Shown piece by piece: positions 22,816-35,575 of a stretch of DNA of 64,000 nt; positions within the stretch are counted from its first letter, which is position 1, and each line of letters begins with the position of its first letter. The position numbers and the translations under genes are program-made. The notes beneath the pieces were generated by a model. That model was not told where the DNA came from. It did no database searches and saw only the letters and a list, made by a program, of their open reading frames with translations. The stretch covers positions 30,566,001 to 30,630,000 of the forward strand of contig JAGIQG010000009.1 in the NCBI GenBank assembly GCA_024679065.1. Reading direction: 5' to 3'. Source of the DNA: Sphyrna mokarran. Taxonomy: Eukaryota.

Positions 22816-23569
22816 ATTGATTTCGCATACTTTACCTTGAAGGTAAATTCTGGCCAGAGATTGTTTGAAACAATGATTGAGACGATGTTTGAGAGTGAGA
22901 GGAGATACCAACCAATATATTTGTGGAGGTTTCCCATGATCTGCAGATCACCCTGGAGACAATGGCACCTGGGGATTTCTGTGATTCCAAGACATCAAGA
23001 AAAGCTTCCAAAAACATTGCAGGTTCAGGTGAAAGTCTTTCTTGTTTCCAAAACCCAGTCAGGTCTATTTAGTTTGTGAAGGCATCAATCAATCGCACAT
23101 TTGATCTTGGTATTAGTGTGCTTCAAGGTTCAGATGCAGATGTCATCATTTTCTGTAAGGCCTTCTCCAATAATGATGTAGTAGGGGTTCAGATATAGAC
23201 TTGATACAGTATTTCTTGCCAAAGCAACAGGCAGATTGTTGGAAAATAGTCACTGTGCCAAAACAGCTTCCCTGAGATGATAGTCACCTCAGGGAATGCT
23301 CCAGAAACACACCGCCACTACCTGATGCTCAACTGAATCTCACCGAGGCTTAACCTCATTTGCCAGGCAAATGATAGAAATAATAGAACAAGCAAGTAAG
23401 TAGGAAACTAAGGGAAATACGGAAAGAACAATACATAGGATGATTATAATTTTTCAGATTTCTTGGTGAGTCTTGGTCAAGCAAGTGAATGCAAATTATG
23501 TACAATTGCATTAGGAATTAATTTCTATCTGTGCTTTCTACCTTAAGGCTGTGGATAATGACAAGCACA

Positions 23570-25720
23570 TATGAAATAGTAGTAGGGATATGCAATTTGG
23601 TTCCTTGAGCCTATGCCACCATTCAAAATGACCATGGCTGACCTGATTATTATCTCAACTCCACTTTCCTGTATAACCTCTAAAACCCTCAATTCCTTTG
23701 TGGATTAAATATCTCCCTAGCTCGGCCTTGACTATATTCAATGATCCAGCCTCCACTGCGATCAGGAATAAAAGAATTCTAAGATTAACAAACCCTCAGG
23801 CAAGAAAAAAAGTTTATTTATTAGTTACATATAGGCTTACATTAACACTGCAATGAAGTTACTGTGAAAATTCCCTAATTGCCACGCTTGTTTGGATACA
23901 CAGAGTGAGAATTTAGCATGGCCAATCAACCTAATCTACACATTTTGGACTCTGGGAGGAAACTGGTGCACCTGGAGGAAACCCACGCAGATGCAGCAAG
24001 ATCATGCAAACTCTATACAGACAGTGACCCAAGCCAGGAATCGAACCTGAATCCCTGGTGCTGTGAGACAGCAGTGCTAACTGTTGTGCCATTAAGCTTT
24101 TCTCTATCTTGATTTGGAAGACAACTTTATTCTGACTCAGTGCTCCTTAGTTCTTGATTTTCTCCCTCGAGTGGAAACATCCACATATGCATCTTCCCCA
24201 TCAAGCACCTCTCTAAACCTAATCTGTTTTAGTAATGTCACTTCTAATTCCTCTTAATTCCAATGCCTGTAAGCCCAACCTTCTCAACATTTCCCTATAA
24301 GATAACCTTTCCATCTCAGGAATCACCTAGCAAGCAAACCTTCCTTACTTAACTGTATATATTGGTTCTATTATTTATTGTGTGGTTTCACCAACACCCA
24401 GTGAACTTTTATAAAATTTACTGTTTCAACCAGAAATCACCTAGCAAGCAAACCTTCCTTTCTTAAATAACAAAATGAAAAACATATACAATTAAATGTG
24501 GTTTCATGAACAGCCTGCAGAGTTGTTTTAAGGCTACTATTTTTATATTTCATCCTCCTTACAATAATGTTCAACATTCCGTTTGCCTTTGTAAATAATT
24601 GGACTTGCCTGCCAACCTCTCTTGTGTCTTTCCTTTGCATTCTGCAGTCTTTCTTAGTTGAAATAATCTTCTGCTTTTCTATTTTTCCAGCCAAAGGAGA
24701 TAATCTCATATTTTCCCACCTTATATCCCAACAGACAATTTTTTGGCCATTCATTTAATCTAGCCAAATCCTTTTGCAAGCACTTTGAGTGGAATTTTCC
24801 CATCCCCTGTCCCAGGAATCATAATCGTTGGGGGGCAATGGAATTGTAAAGGTCTTTTGGCCTTAGATGGGAGTTTCTGGCCTTGGGGTGAGCATGGTTG
24901 GACAATCCCACTCTTTGTGTTCTCTTCACAACTTGCTTTCCTTTGCACTGTTGGCAAATTTGGCTACAGTACTCTCCTTTCATCCATGACATTGATAAAG
25001 ATCGTAAATATTGAGGCCCCATCATTGATCTCTGTGGCATCCCAGCAGTTGAAATTTGCCAAACTAAAAATGACCCATTTATCATGGCTCCTTGATTCCT
25101 GTTAATGAGCTAACGCTCTGTCTATGCCAATATATTTCCCCCAAGACTACGAGCTCTTATCCAGTGCCATAAATAGTAATATGACATACTACCGAATACC
25201 TTTTGTAAATCTGAATACACAACATCTACTGGTTCCTTTTTTATTTACCCTGCTGGTTACTTCCTCAAAAGATTCATAAAACACACTTTCTTTTTCCTGA
25301 AATTATGTTGATTCTTTTTGATTTCATGGATTTTTCTAAATGTACTGCTACTGCTTCCTTGAAAATGGATTCTAGCATTTTTCCTTGATAGATGTTAGGC
25401 TAAATGCCTATAGTTTCCTCTTTTCTTGAATTGGGGTATTTCTTTTGTGGTTTTCTAATACCTGGGGCCTTCTAGAACCATGGAACTTCGGATGATAACA
25501 ACAAATGTAACTATTATCTCTGCAGCCATCTCTTTTGGATGTAGGCTATTTGGTCTAGGGGACTTTTAGGGATGCTTTTAGCGTCCTGTAATGCAATACA
25601 TTTTCAAATTCTTCACCATTCTCTTGTTTCCCATTATGAATTCCCTGGTCTCATCCTCACAGGAACCAGTGTTCATTTGAGCAAAACTCCTTTTTACATA
25701 GCTGAATAAGCTCTTATTGT
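23570..25720 (-). mobile_element. CR1 LINE, degenerate, with nested V-SINE (23810-24092) and MITE (24789-24912)
   Basis: Remnants of VVYSDLQKVF, GMPQRS..GP, KANGML..I.R and the CR1 3' UTR. Confidence 0.75.
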
Positions 25721-26934
25721 TTGCTTGTAATTATTTTGTTTGTTAACTCTCAATCTAATTTTTATTATTTTTCTTTTATCTGTTTCCCAAATTATCTCAA
25801 TCTTCTTTCAACTGCTCCTCTTCACAGCATTGTACACATTTTCTTTCAATTTGTCCATTGTTGGCATTATTATCCACAGTGGCAATGGCTTTCTTACATC
25901 CATTGTCCCTCATTCTTCTGCACAAACATTACTGAATTGTAAGCCATGAATGTGGGAGATTTTCCACAATACAAATCAATCATCTCGGTAAAATGTTCCA
26001 AGTCACAAAAGCTGTTGTGGTGGATTGTTGCATTTTTTCCATTTTCTGGGCATCTATCTTGTAAGTATGGGATAAGTTGATTATCATTATGCACGCCAGC
26101 TGGACATCAAAACAACAAAAGAGCTCATAAAATTGAACAGTTTGATGACACATGCATCTTCTGCTTGCACCTAGCTGTCAAAGTGATAGCTATCTCTTTT
26201 TGATTCCACTGGGGGAAATATGAAATACATTATCTTTACGAATAGAACACACAACAGTGCACAACTGCCTGACTGATAAAGGAAACAGAGAAAGATGTGC
26301 ATTTCTATAGTACTTAATTTCACGACATAGTGTAGTCACTGTTGTATGATTAAAAAAAATGGTTGCCAATTGTTGCATAGTTAGCTCCTGCAAAGAACAA
26401 CGTGATACAGACAAGATAATCTCATGCTGTTGCTGTGCCTTGCTAGTTGTGGCATTTCCAGTGTATAATCAGGAATAGTAATTTTCTCTGCAGCAAAATG
26501 GGTGAATTCTGCTCACATGTCTTCCTGCCCCAAGAATAATCGTCTTAAATTTGGTACTTCCCAGGATTCACCCATTGATTCTTTGAGTTTTGTTGTGGGA
26601 ACATACACAGATTATTTATTGGAAATGAAACTAACTATTTGTGCTTCTTTACAATAATCTCCAACTTTGCCAATTCGGGTGGAGGCAATATCTCACATAG
26701 CAGCAGTATTGCCAGGATTCCCTGGATTTGGAATAGACAATGTTATTAAAAAACATTATAAGCTTAATGAAAAAGCAAACGCAGCATTATTTAAGTCAAA
26801 TTTTTCATCACTGTAGCATGTAACTTTTAGAAGTTATTACAGTATATTTAACACCAGCCTGGGAACTATAGTTTCTTTTTGTATAACATAGCGCTGTGCT
26901 GGACTGTTTTTCATGTTGGTTGAGAGACTTACAC

Positions 26935-27280
26935 AATCATAGAATCTTGCAGAAAGACACATTTGGCCCATGGAGTTTACACTAACCCTCCAACAGAGTA
27001 TTTTACCCAGGACCATCCTCCACTCTATTTCTGTAACCCCACATATTTACCCCACTAATCCCCTGACCTGCACATCAAAGGGACAATTTGGCATGGCCAA
27101 TCCAACTAACCTGCACATCTTTGGACTGTCGGAGGGAACCGGGACACCTGGAGCAAAACCCACCCAGACGCAAGGAGAATGTACAACACTACACCGTTAC
27201 CATAGGCTGGGATTGAATCTGGATCTGTGGTGCTGTGATGCAGCAATGCTGACCACTGTGTCACTGTGCCATCGTGCCAC
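26935..27280 (-). mobile_element. HE1-like V-SINE
   Basis: Minus strand ggtggcacgatggcacagt...ggtcagcattgctgcatcacagc head, V-domain and ttctatgat tail. Confidence 0.85.
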
Positions 27281-28590
27281 CCAGTCAATGTGGCAAAGAC
27301 CATGCAATATCCAGAAGAGTCTAGCTGCAAAGAAATTCAAGGTGGTAATGAGTTAGCCATTCTACTTTGACTTCTTCCCAAGTGGTAGATAAAATTCATG
27401 GTTCTGGAGTTGGACTTAAAGCCCTGACCTTTTAACATAAAAATAAGAGTGCTACTACTAAGCTAAGCTTATAGTTAAGCTTTAAGACAATGTCTCCCTC
27501 TTGCAAACATCATGTATTACTATTATCTGTTATGTGTTGGATTATTGGATATCTGTGAGACAACTAAGCACCACAATATATATATAGTAGATCCTTGTGA
27601 TTGTGCGCTGAGTAACAGAGATGATCATTTGAATCTGACAGCTAGGGTTCACCATCAGGAATAAAAACACTATTTTCTTTAACTGCTCTTGCATATTCTC
27701 AGCATTGTGTAAGATATTTGCACAAATAGGCTTGGTAATGTTGCTGCTGTATTATCTAGCTCCCCAACGTGGTGAATACAGAGTGGCTGACTGCTGAAGA
27801 TTAGATCCCAGAGGTCTATAATACTGGAGACAAAGCATTTGATAAGAAAATGAAGTTTGATTTCAGAAGCTGGAAAGGCTCATGATGTGATAACTCTCTC
27901 CATTGTAGTCTAAAGCTGAGTCAAGGTAAAAGCAGAATAGTGTAGAAGTTCTGTGTTAATAATCTACCAAATTGCTGCTGAACTGCTGAATTCAAGCTAC
28001 CCACCATGATGTAGATGTGCTTTGTTGGTTGTGACATATGGTCAGGAAGTTACAACTGCCCCAACAATGATCGTCCCCAAACGTGCTTTTCAGACATTCA
28101 GAATTTTGTTGTAGGAACATATGCAGGTTGTTTATTAATAATCGGAACTAGTTATTTGTGTCTCTTTCAGGAGTTTTGCAATAACCTCAGTCTTGCTAAA
28201 TCAGCTGATGACAATGTCTCATAAATCAGCTTGGATTTCCTGGATTCTGAACATTCAACCGCTCATGAGAAAAAATTGTTTGCATAATAAATCAACTCAC
28301 AATATTATTTCAATTTTTCTTTACCATAGCCTGTGACCACCAAAACACATAACACTGTGTTTAACTATATTTGACATAGGCACAGGAACTGCATTTTCTA
28401 CTTGTATAATAAATACAGTCATGAACAGCCAATAAGTCAAAACCCAAGCAAAGATTTTTGGTTTGAAGTTTTGAGAATGTAGAGTATTCTGCCAACTGCT
28501 CATTACTGCCTAATGTACAAAGAATCTTATGCCTATTTAATGAGTAGATTTATACACGCAAACATTCACTTCACATGTTCGATATAGTTA

Positions 28591-28943
28591 TGAAGAGGGA
28601 GATTTCTAATCAGTTAATAAGATTTTCAAACATTAGACATTAAGACACTGACATGACTACCAGTAAAGACTTAAATGATTTTTGAAACAAGGTAATAAGT
28701 TGACAAGAGAATAGTTTACATATATGTGAATGCAGTAAGAGAATTAAACAAATAATTATGACTTTAAAGCATATATGCTGATATTTAATGTATTTTAAGT
28801 ATTGTATAAATCATTATTCACTTCAGCTGAAAGCAGGTCACCACAAGGAATAATGGTGAAGGTGAATACTACAAGGTATAATGGTAAAGGCTGTGAACCC
28901 TATAGTTAGCAAAATTCAAATCAAAAATTTCTTATGTGGGAAT
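28591..28943 (+). repeat. ERV 5' LTR (part shared with the 3' LTR)
   Basis: Starts TGAAGAGGGAGATTTCTAATCA (compare TGTAGTGAAAGATTTCTAACCA at 34479); 28623-28943 is a diverged direct repeat of 38178-38471. Confidence 0.8.
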
Positions 28944-29339
28944 CCTGGTACTGTTCATCAGCAGAATGATTGAAAAGCCGTGTACCTAGAACATAAGACT
29001 AAGGTTACTTGGAGGGGTGAGTGATAGTCAACTGAGGTGTTCCAAATTGCGCAGTGATAAGATATTAGAAGTTAAGTTTTATATTTGAAGAGAAGTCTCC
29101 AATAGGGAAGAGCGGGGGGAAAGAGATATTTGTTATTGTTGTTCTCAGCAAGGGCTGAGGGCTCCGACTTAGAGGAAAATTCCCAGAGCGGAGTCTGTGT
29201 AATTGAAAAAAGTGGGCAAGAAATAGAGAGAAAACCAACAGATAGAAATCTCAAAAGCTTGTATTCTGAGAGCGAGAGAGTGATTGTACAAGTTTAGAGC
29301 ACTTTCTTATGGATTTTGAAGTGTAGATTTGGCTTGGGG

Positions 29340-30650
29340 AAAGGATGATTCTCTGAAACAGACTCTTGTCACAGAAAACAGCATATTAATTAGGGAAATG
29401 ATTAAGAAAGAATATGATCCAAATTCTTCCAAATCTAAGCAAATGTCTTGGTGGTAAAGTCAGAATAAATACAAATCAGAAATGGCAGCAGTAATTTTTG
29501 TGGACATGACAAGGAACAACTTTCAAAAGAAGGCAGCTAACATATAGAGTCAGTCCCGGTAAAAACTGTTCCAGAAAATTCTAAAATGAGCCTGTAGGGA
29601 AGACGGTAACAAATTCATTGCATCCCCCAATCCTAGAGGGATCAAGTGAGGAGGAAGCATATAGGGAAGATCTATTAGGAAAGACAAATCAGGGAGATGG
29701 AGATTCTCTTAGTAGTATAAAGATGGAACCACCCATTCCAGAAGCACCACTCTACTAAAATAGTATCATTTGCTAAAGAGAGGGGAATCACTTCTGTATT
29801 AACCGAAGAAGTACCATTAATGTGACTGAGAAACAGATTTATGATTAAATTAGGCCTGCTAAAATGTAATTACCAAAATTTAGCCTTTTGGGAAAGTATG
29901 GATGAGTTAAGAGAGAGCCACCATCTGATTTTGGATAACGTAAGAGTTTTAATAAAGGGAAAATTGGCTGGACCAACATGGCAAATGTTACCCAACGTTT
30001 TGAAGAAGCGAGACTGGATAATAATGGCAAAAAAAAGTGAGGACAAGAGATATGAGTAATTTAAATAGGCAATAGGGTGAGCCATAGGAAAGGGACACAT
30101 TAATTGGGTTAAGGTAACTTTAGTAAAGCAAAACACCAATGAATCTGTGGAAGAAAATGCAGAAAGGAAAATTCAGAGTTTATGTAGATAACGGAGGGAT
30201 CGAAGATCCCACAAGAGATGATGATATGTTTTTAGGTATGCTTAAAGAAGGTTTAGTCCAACTCTTACTCAAATTGTAGTCGTGGGCATTCTGATAGGAA
30301 ATAATTTTGAGACTTTATGAACTTGGCTATGAAAATTGAATGTAATCAACAGAAAAATTCCAAAATGATTTCAGTACAAGTTGATCAGTCATCACCCAAA
30401 ATTTCTAGAACATGCTATGTGTGTGAAAAGAAAAGACATATTGCTAGAGATTGCCGAGGCAGATCCTCGGGAAACAATCAAAATCCTAAAAGGCAATGTG
30501 ATAAATTAGATCCTGATATAAAACATTGTTGGGCGAAGGCAAGAGTTAGAGAAGGACAGGATCCCAGCAGGGCAAATTCATCTCCCAAAGTTCAACTCCA
30601 AAATCACATAGGAGGACAGCAATCACCACAGACAGTAATTCCCCATTGAG
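29340..30650 (+). pseudogene. gag: ERV gag, decayed
   Basis: MHR-like INWVKVTLVKQNTNESVEENAER (about 30100-30170); zinc knuckle CYVCEKKRHIARDC (30413-30454); multiple stops. Confidence 0.8.
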
Positions 30651-30714
30651 AGCAGGTGAATCACAGAAGTTGTTGGGTCAGAAATGATAATTATCAGCTC
30701 TTGACACTAAAAAT

Positions 30715-33700
30715 AAAGACCCATGAATGTCTGTAGCATTGTAAGAAGGACAAAATTTATCACATTGATAGTCACCAGAGCATCTATATCTATAACAGAT
30801 CTAAATTTACCTCTACGATAAGACCATATGATTGTGTTATTAAGTGAACCCATTACACTGGAAATTGAGGATAAAGAGGAACAGGTCCAGATTTGGATGT
30901 GTTCAACGGAAGAAGGAAGTATTCTAGAAATAGACCTTTTAGAGCAATTGGGATGTATAATCGACATCAAGACAGGTGACATTTGGTGGCGTAAGTTGTG
31001 GAAGCGAAATTGATGGGGGCAGAAGAAAGATTGCAGTGTTTCTAAAATAACAACACTCCGACGAAATTAGGAAAGTGGAACAAAATATGGGGTAATTTGG
31101 CTACACAATGTCCTTAGGTTTGGGCCAAACAAAAACAAGATTGTGGATATTTAGATGTCCCTCCAATAACAATTCCCAGAGAAATTCATTCTCCATGTAA
31201 GCAATATAATTTCAGACCAGAAGCAATGGAGGCAGTTAAAAACATCATTGTAGATTAAAAAAAAACAGATAGTAACGAAAACTTCTTCAGAGACCAATTC
31301 ACCTGTTTGGCCAGTAAGAAAACCCGATGGCAGTTATTGATTAACATTGATTATGCTGCTCTGAATTGCTATGTGACTCAAGAACATCCTATAGTGGTGA
31401 ACCCTACTAGTATTTTGAACACAATTGGAACATAGCAGACAACATTCACAGTACTAGACATAACTAATGGACTTTGGTCAATTCCTGTAGCTGAGGAATA
31501 TCAGAATAAGTTTGTATTTACAGTTGGGAATCAGCATTAGACTTGGACCCTCTTGCCACAGGGATTCCATAAGACTTCAGCAATTTTTCACAAATACATG
31601 GCATAGAACCTATAGGATGCATAGCAACCATCATTTTGCAATATATGGACATTTTGATTGCATCAAATAGTTCAATGACACACTGTTTAACTGTACACAG
31701 AGTGATTCAAGCAATCCAGGAAGCAGATCTTAAGCTAAATCCTTAAAGTAAAGCTTAGTTGGGGCAGGAACATAATGGAAAATCCTGCAGGAGGAATGAC
31801 AGTATTAGAAACAGAATATGAATGCCTTGCAGATGTCAATGAAGAAATGAGTAAAGGTTTAGCAGAAGAATTACTCACAGGTGCAGATAGGGCTGGAAAG
31901 TATGTAAATGGTGAACGCTGTATAGCATGGGTAGTGGTAAAAGATAAAGGAACAGTGACTGCAGGAGAACATTTACCAGGAAGTAAATCAGCACAGGTAG
32001 CAGAGTTAGTAGCATTAATGAAAGCTTTAGAATAGGGCACAGGAAAACAAGTTAACATTTACACAGACAGTCATTGTGCTTTTGGAGTAATTTATGACTA
32101 CATAACAGCTCGCAATAGGCAAGGTTTTATTACCTCAAGCAGAGGACATGTACATTCTGAAAGCCTGATTAAAGGTCTAATCCAAGCATCCTGCAGTCCT
32201 TTAGAAACAGCAGCAATCAAAGTACACGCACACAAGAAAATTAAGAGTCAGGTCCAATAAGGAAACAGTCATGCAGACACGGCAGCTAAAAATATGTCAG
32301 AACAAAATTTGAAAGGAACACAAACAGCAGGTGTGGCAGCATTACAAGTAAGCAATAATCCAGACATTGATGTGGGCAAGCTTCAGAAGAGGAAAAGCAG
32401 AACTGGGAAAACAAGGAGGGCAAAAAGGTCAAGACAGCGTATGGAGGAGAGAAGAGAAAATAATAGTACCAGAAGCAGCACAACAAATCTTGTTAAAGTT
32501 GTATCATGGAGTAGCTCACACAAGCAGAGACAAAATGGTCAATTTAATTGTAAGCAGTTGGTGATAAGAACATAAGAACATAAGAAATAGGAGCAGGAGT
32601 AGGCCATCCAGCCCTTCGAGCCTGCCCCGCCATTCAATAAGATCATGACTGATCTGTAGTGGTTCAGTACCACTTTCCCGCTTTCTCCCTGCAACCCTTA
32701 ATTCACTTGTCAATCAAAAATCTATCCATTCTTGACTTGAACATATTCAGTGAGGAAGCCTCCACCACCTCATCAGGCAGAGAATTCCAAAGATTCAACC
32801 ACCCTTTGCGTGAAGAAAGCCCTCCGCAACTCTGATCTGAACCTCCCACCCCTAATCTTGAGGCTGTGCCCTCTAGTCCTGCTATCTTTGTTAATCGGGA
32901 AGAGTCTCTCAACCTCTACCCTATCCATCCCCTTCATGATCTTATACGTCTCTATAAGATCCCCTCTCAGCCTTCTAAACTCCAAAGAGTACAAACCTAG
33001 CCTATTCAGTCTCTCCTCATAATCCAATGCCCTCATCTCCGGTATCAGCCTAGTAAACCTTCTCTGCACCGCCTCCAAGACCAATATATCCTTCCTCAAA
33101 TGTGGCGACCAAAACTGCTGCGGCCTCACCAGCACCCTACACAGCTGCAACAGAACCTCCCTACTTCTATATTCTATCCCCCTACCTATAAAGGGAAGGG
33201 AATGGGAGAAATTCCGTCAATGCTGTATACAGTGCACCCCAGTGGAACCAGGTTATCACTGAAAGGTTAAAATGGGAACCAGCTGAGACCCAAAGGACCA
33301 GGGGAATATTTGCAAATGGATTTCACAGGACCATTATCTAGAATAAAGAGAACTATTGTTTAGTTATCATTGATCAGTTCACTCGATGGGTTGAAGCATT
33401 CCCATGCAAAAATGCCACAGCTAAAACTGTAGCTTTGAAATTAGCAAATGAAATAATATCTAAATACCTAAATGGAGAATGTCTCTTCAGCTAGATTCAA
33501 AGGGAGAGTTTTAAGAGAAGTTTGCCGAATGTTGGAGATTAAACAAAGATTTCACATACCATACCACATAGAGATCAGGAATATAAGAATGAGTGAATTG
33601 AACCCTGAAGGATAGTTTAGCCAAAGCCATTTTAGAAAAAGGAAACAATTGGGTGCAAGCCTTGCCTGGAATATTATTATGACAGAGAGCCGCTCACCCA

Positions 33701-33790
33701 AGAAACAGGATTAACTCCTTTTGAACTGATGGCTGACAAGGCAACACGCCTCTCAGAGGTTGTGATGATAGTATGTGGAGAACTTGAAAT
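30715..33790 (+). pseudogene. pol: ERV pro-pol (protease, RT, RNase H, integrase), decayed, SnRV-like
   Basis: PR: ILEIDLLEQLG. RT: VWAKQKQDCG, NSPVWPVRKPDGSY, LDITNGLWSIPV, TWTLLPQGFH, QYMD(-)ILI. RH: SAQVAELVAL, VNIYTDS, IKVHAH, GNSHAD. IN: YHGVAH, LQMDFTGP, LVIIDQFTRWVEAFP, TGLTPFELM. Confidence 0.92.
32566..33194 (-). mobile_element. CR1 3' end inserted into the ERV integrase
   Basis: ORFs 32773..33150 and 32703..32912 are a CR1 C-terminus with (TTCTTATG)n tail. It splits the IN sequence SSWW|WKGM. Confidence 0.92.
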
Positions 33791-34039
33791 TGGCTGAGAA
33801 GCAGTGTTTTTAATAAATCATTTACGTTCTCTCAAAAGACAGGTGATCACTCAACAGCAGCAGAGTGATTGAATGAAACCGGCAGAAGAAAACACTCCTA
33901 ATTTACCTATTCACGGGGATAAGGTAATGGTACAACTTACGACAGACAACAAAGGGTTAGGAACTCGATTGCAAGAGCCTCTTAGTATAATTGTGGCAGG
34001 ACAAACATGTATCCTAAACAACCAACATTCTTTTCTCTG

Positions 34040-34290
34040 TGGTACTGGGCAACTGGCTGGATGGCTTCACTGGGGACAAAAATATAGTACAAGGGATAGT
34101 ATTTTTCTTCATTTCTATTCTAATGATCATTGTAGTTGTAAAGTGTTCAAATGTTGCTGTTCTTTGGCAACAAAGCCTATGGCGAGTGCAGTGGCAGCGA
34201 CGTCAATCCAGGGGAACAAAGAGATATCCGTGTTACCAAGTGCTGTTCCACTGTATGAGAATATGTACTGCCAGACATCTGTCTGATATC
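34040..34290 (+). pseudogene. env: ERV env remnant (membrane anchor and cytoplasmic tail only)
   Basis: GNWLDGFTGDKNIVQGIVFFFISILMIIVVVKC: a W-containing stretch plus hydrophobic helix lying between IN and the PPT. Confidence 0.5.
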
Positions 34291-34468
34291 ACTATTCCTT
34301 ATGATTTTTAATATTAGTGAGACTTACGATTTAAACACAATTATATACAATCAATATAGTATTAGTAATGACAATCAAGGTGAAGAAGGAAGCAATCAAG
34401 AAACCAATTATTCCTTAGGATCTAAGCTATTTTTGTTAACTGGCCTAGTACTGGGCTAACCAATGGTC

Positions 34469-34500
34469 AGGAGGGGATTGTAGTGAAAGATTTCTAACCA
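34469..34500 (+). other. ERV polypurine tract and start of the 3' LTR
   Basis: AGGAGGGGA-T-TGTAGTGAAAGATTTCTAACCA. Confidence 0.8.
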
Positions 34501-35039
34501 TCTCTGTTTTATTCATTTGTGGGACATGGGTAGCGCTGACTAGCCAACATTTATTGTCCATCCGTAGTTGCCGTTGAAAAGGTGGTGGTAGAACTCCTTC
34601 CTGAATCGCTGCAGTCCATGTTCTGTGAGTTGACCCACAATGCTGTTAGGGAGGGAATTCAAGGACTTTGACCCAGTGATTTGAAGGAATGGCAATATAT
34701 TTCCATGTCAGGATGGTGAATGGCTTGGAGAGGAACTTGCAGTGGGTGGTGTTCCCATCTGTTGCCTTTGTCTTTTTAGATGAAAGTGGTTGTGGGTTTA
34801 GAAGGTGCTATGAAAGATTTTTGGTGAATTACTGCAGTGCATCCTGAACTGCTGCTACTGAGAATCAGTGGTGGAGGGATGTTTGTAGATGTGGTGTCAA
34901 TCAAGCGGCTGCTTTGTACTGGATGGTGTCAAGCTTCTTGATTGTTGTTGGAGTTGCACCCATGCAGGCAAGAGGGGAGTATTCCATCACACTCCTGACT
35001 CATGCCTTGTAGATAGTGGATTGTTTTGGGAAGTCATTA

Positions 35040-35575
35040 ACAAAGAACAAAGAACAAAGAACAAAACAGCATGGGAAACAGGCCCTTCGGCCCAACGAGC
35101 CCGTGTCGCCACCTCGATGTTCCCACTTCTACATGCGACCCCTGTCCATGTTTATAGATCTATGGATTAAAAACCAAATTTGAGACAATTTTGGGAGAAT
35201 TTGTTTTGCCAATTAGCCTAAGAGCACATCTTTGGGATGTGGGAGGAAACCGGAGCTCCCGGAGAAAACCCACGCAAGCACAGGGAGAATGCGCAAACTC
35301 CCACAGCCACAGGCCCAGATCTGTACAGCACAGCTATAGTCACTGCGCTGTCGTGTTGCCCATCAGATGGTCCAGGTCAAGCATACACTAACGATGTGAA
35401 GCAGTAGGATATTCTCGAAAAAGGTCCAAGAGCAGTCCTCTCGTGACCCATCGCGTGTATGCCCCTCGTTAGACAACAAGGTGGACCAAAGCACCTGTAG
35501 GATAAAAACAAGTACATCAATATCATCATCTATTTACATACTTCCCAGGAACTCCCAAGGCTCATGATCCATATT
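35040..35575 (-). mobile_element. Composite 3' UTR of the CR1: unique segment, degenerate V-SINE, (TTCTTTG)n tail
   Basis: Same order and sequence as 62755-63276. Confidence 0.85.

Noticed and set aside
24321-24470. Local duplication of aatcacctagcaagcaaaccttcctt (also the 21-bp duplication at 53949-53993)
   Set aside because: Ordinary small duplications within decayed LINE sequence.
28946-28965. TGGTACTG... as the ERV primer-binding site
   Set aside because: Not preceded by CA and no convincing tRNA 3'-end complement.
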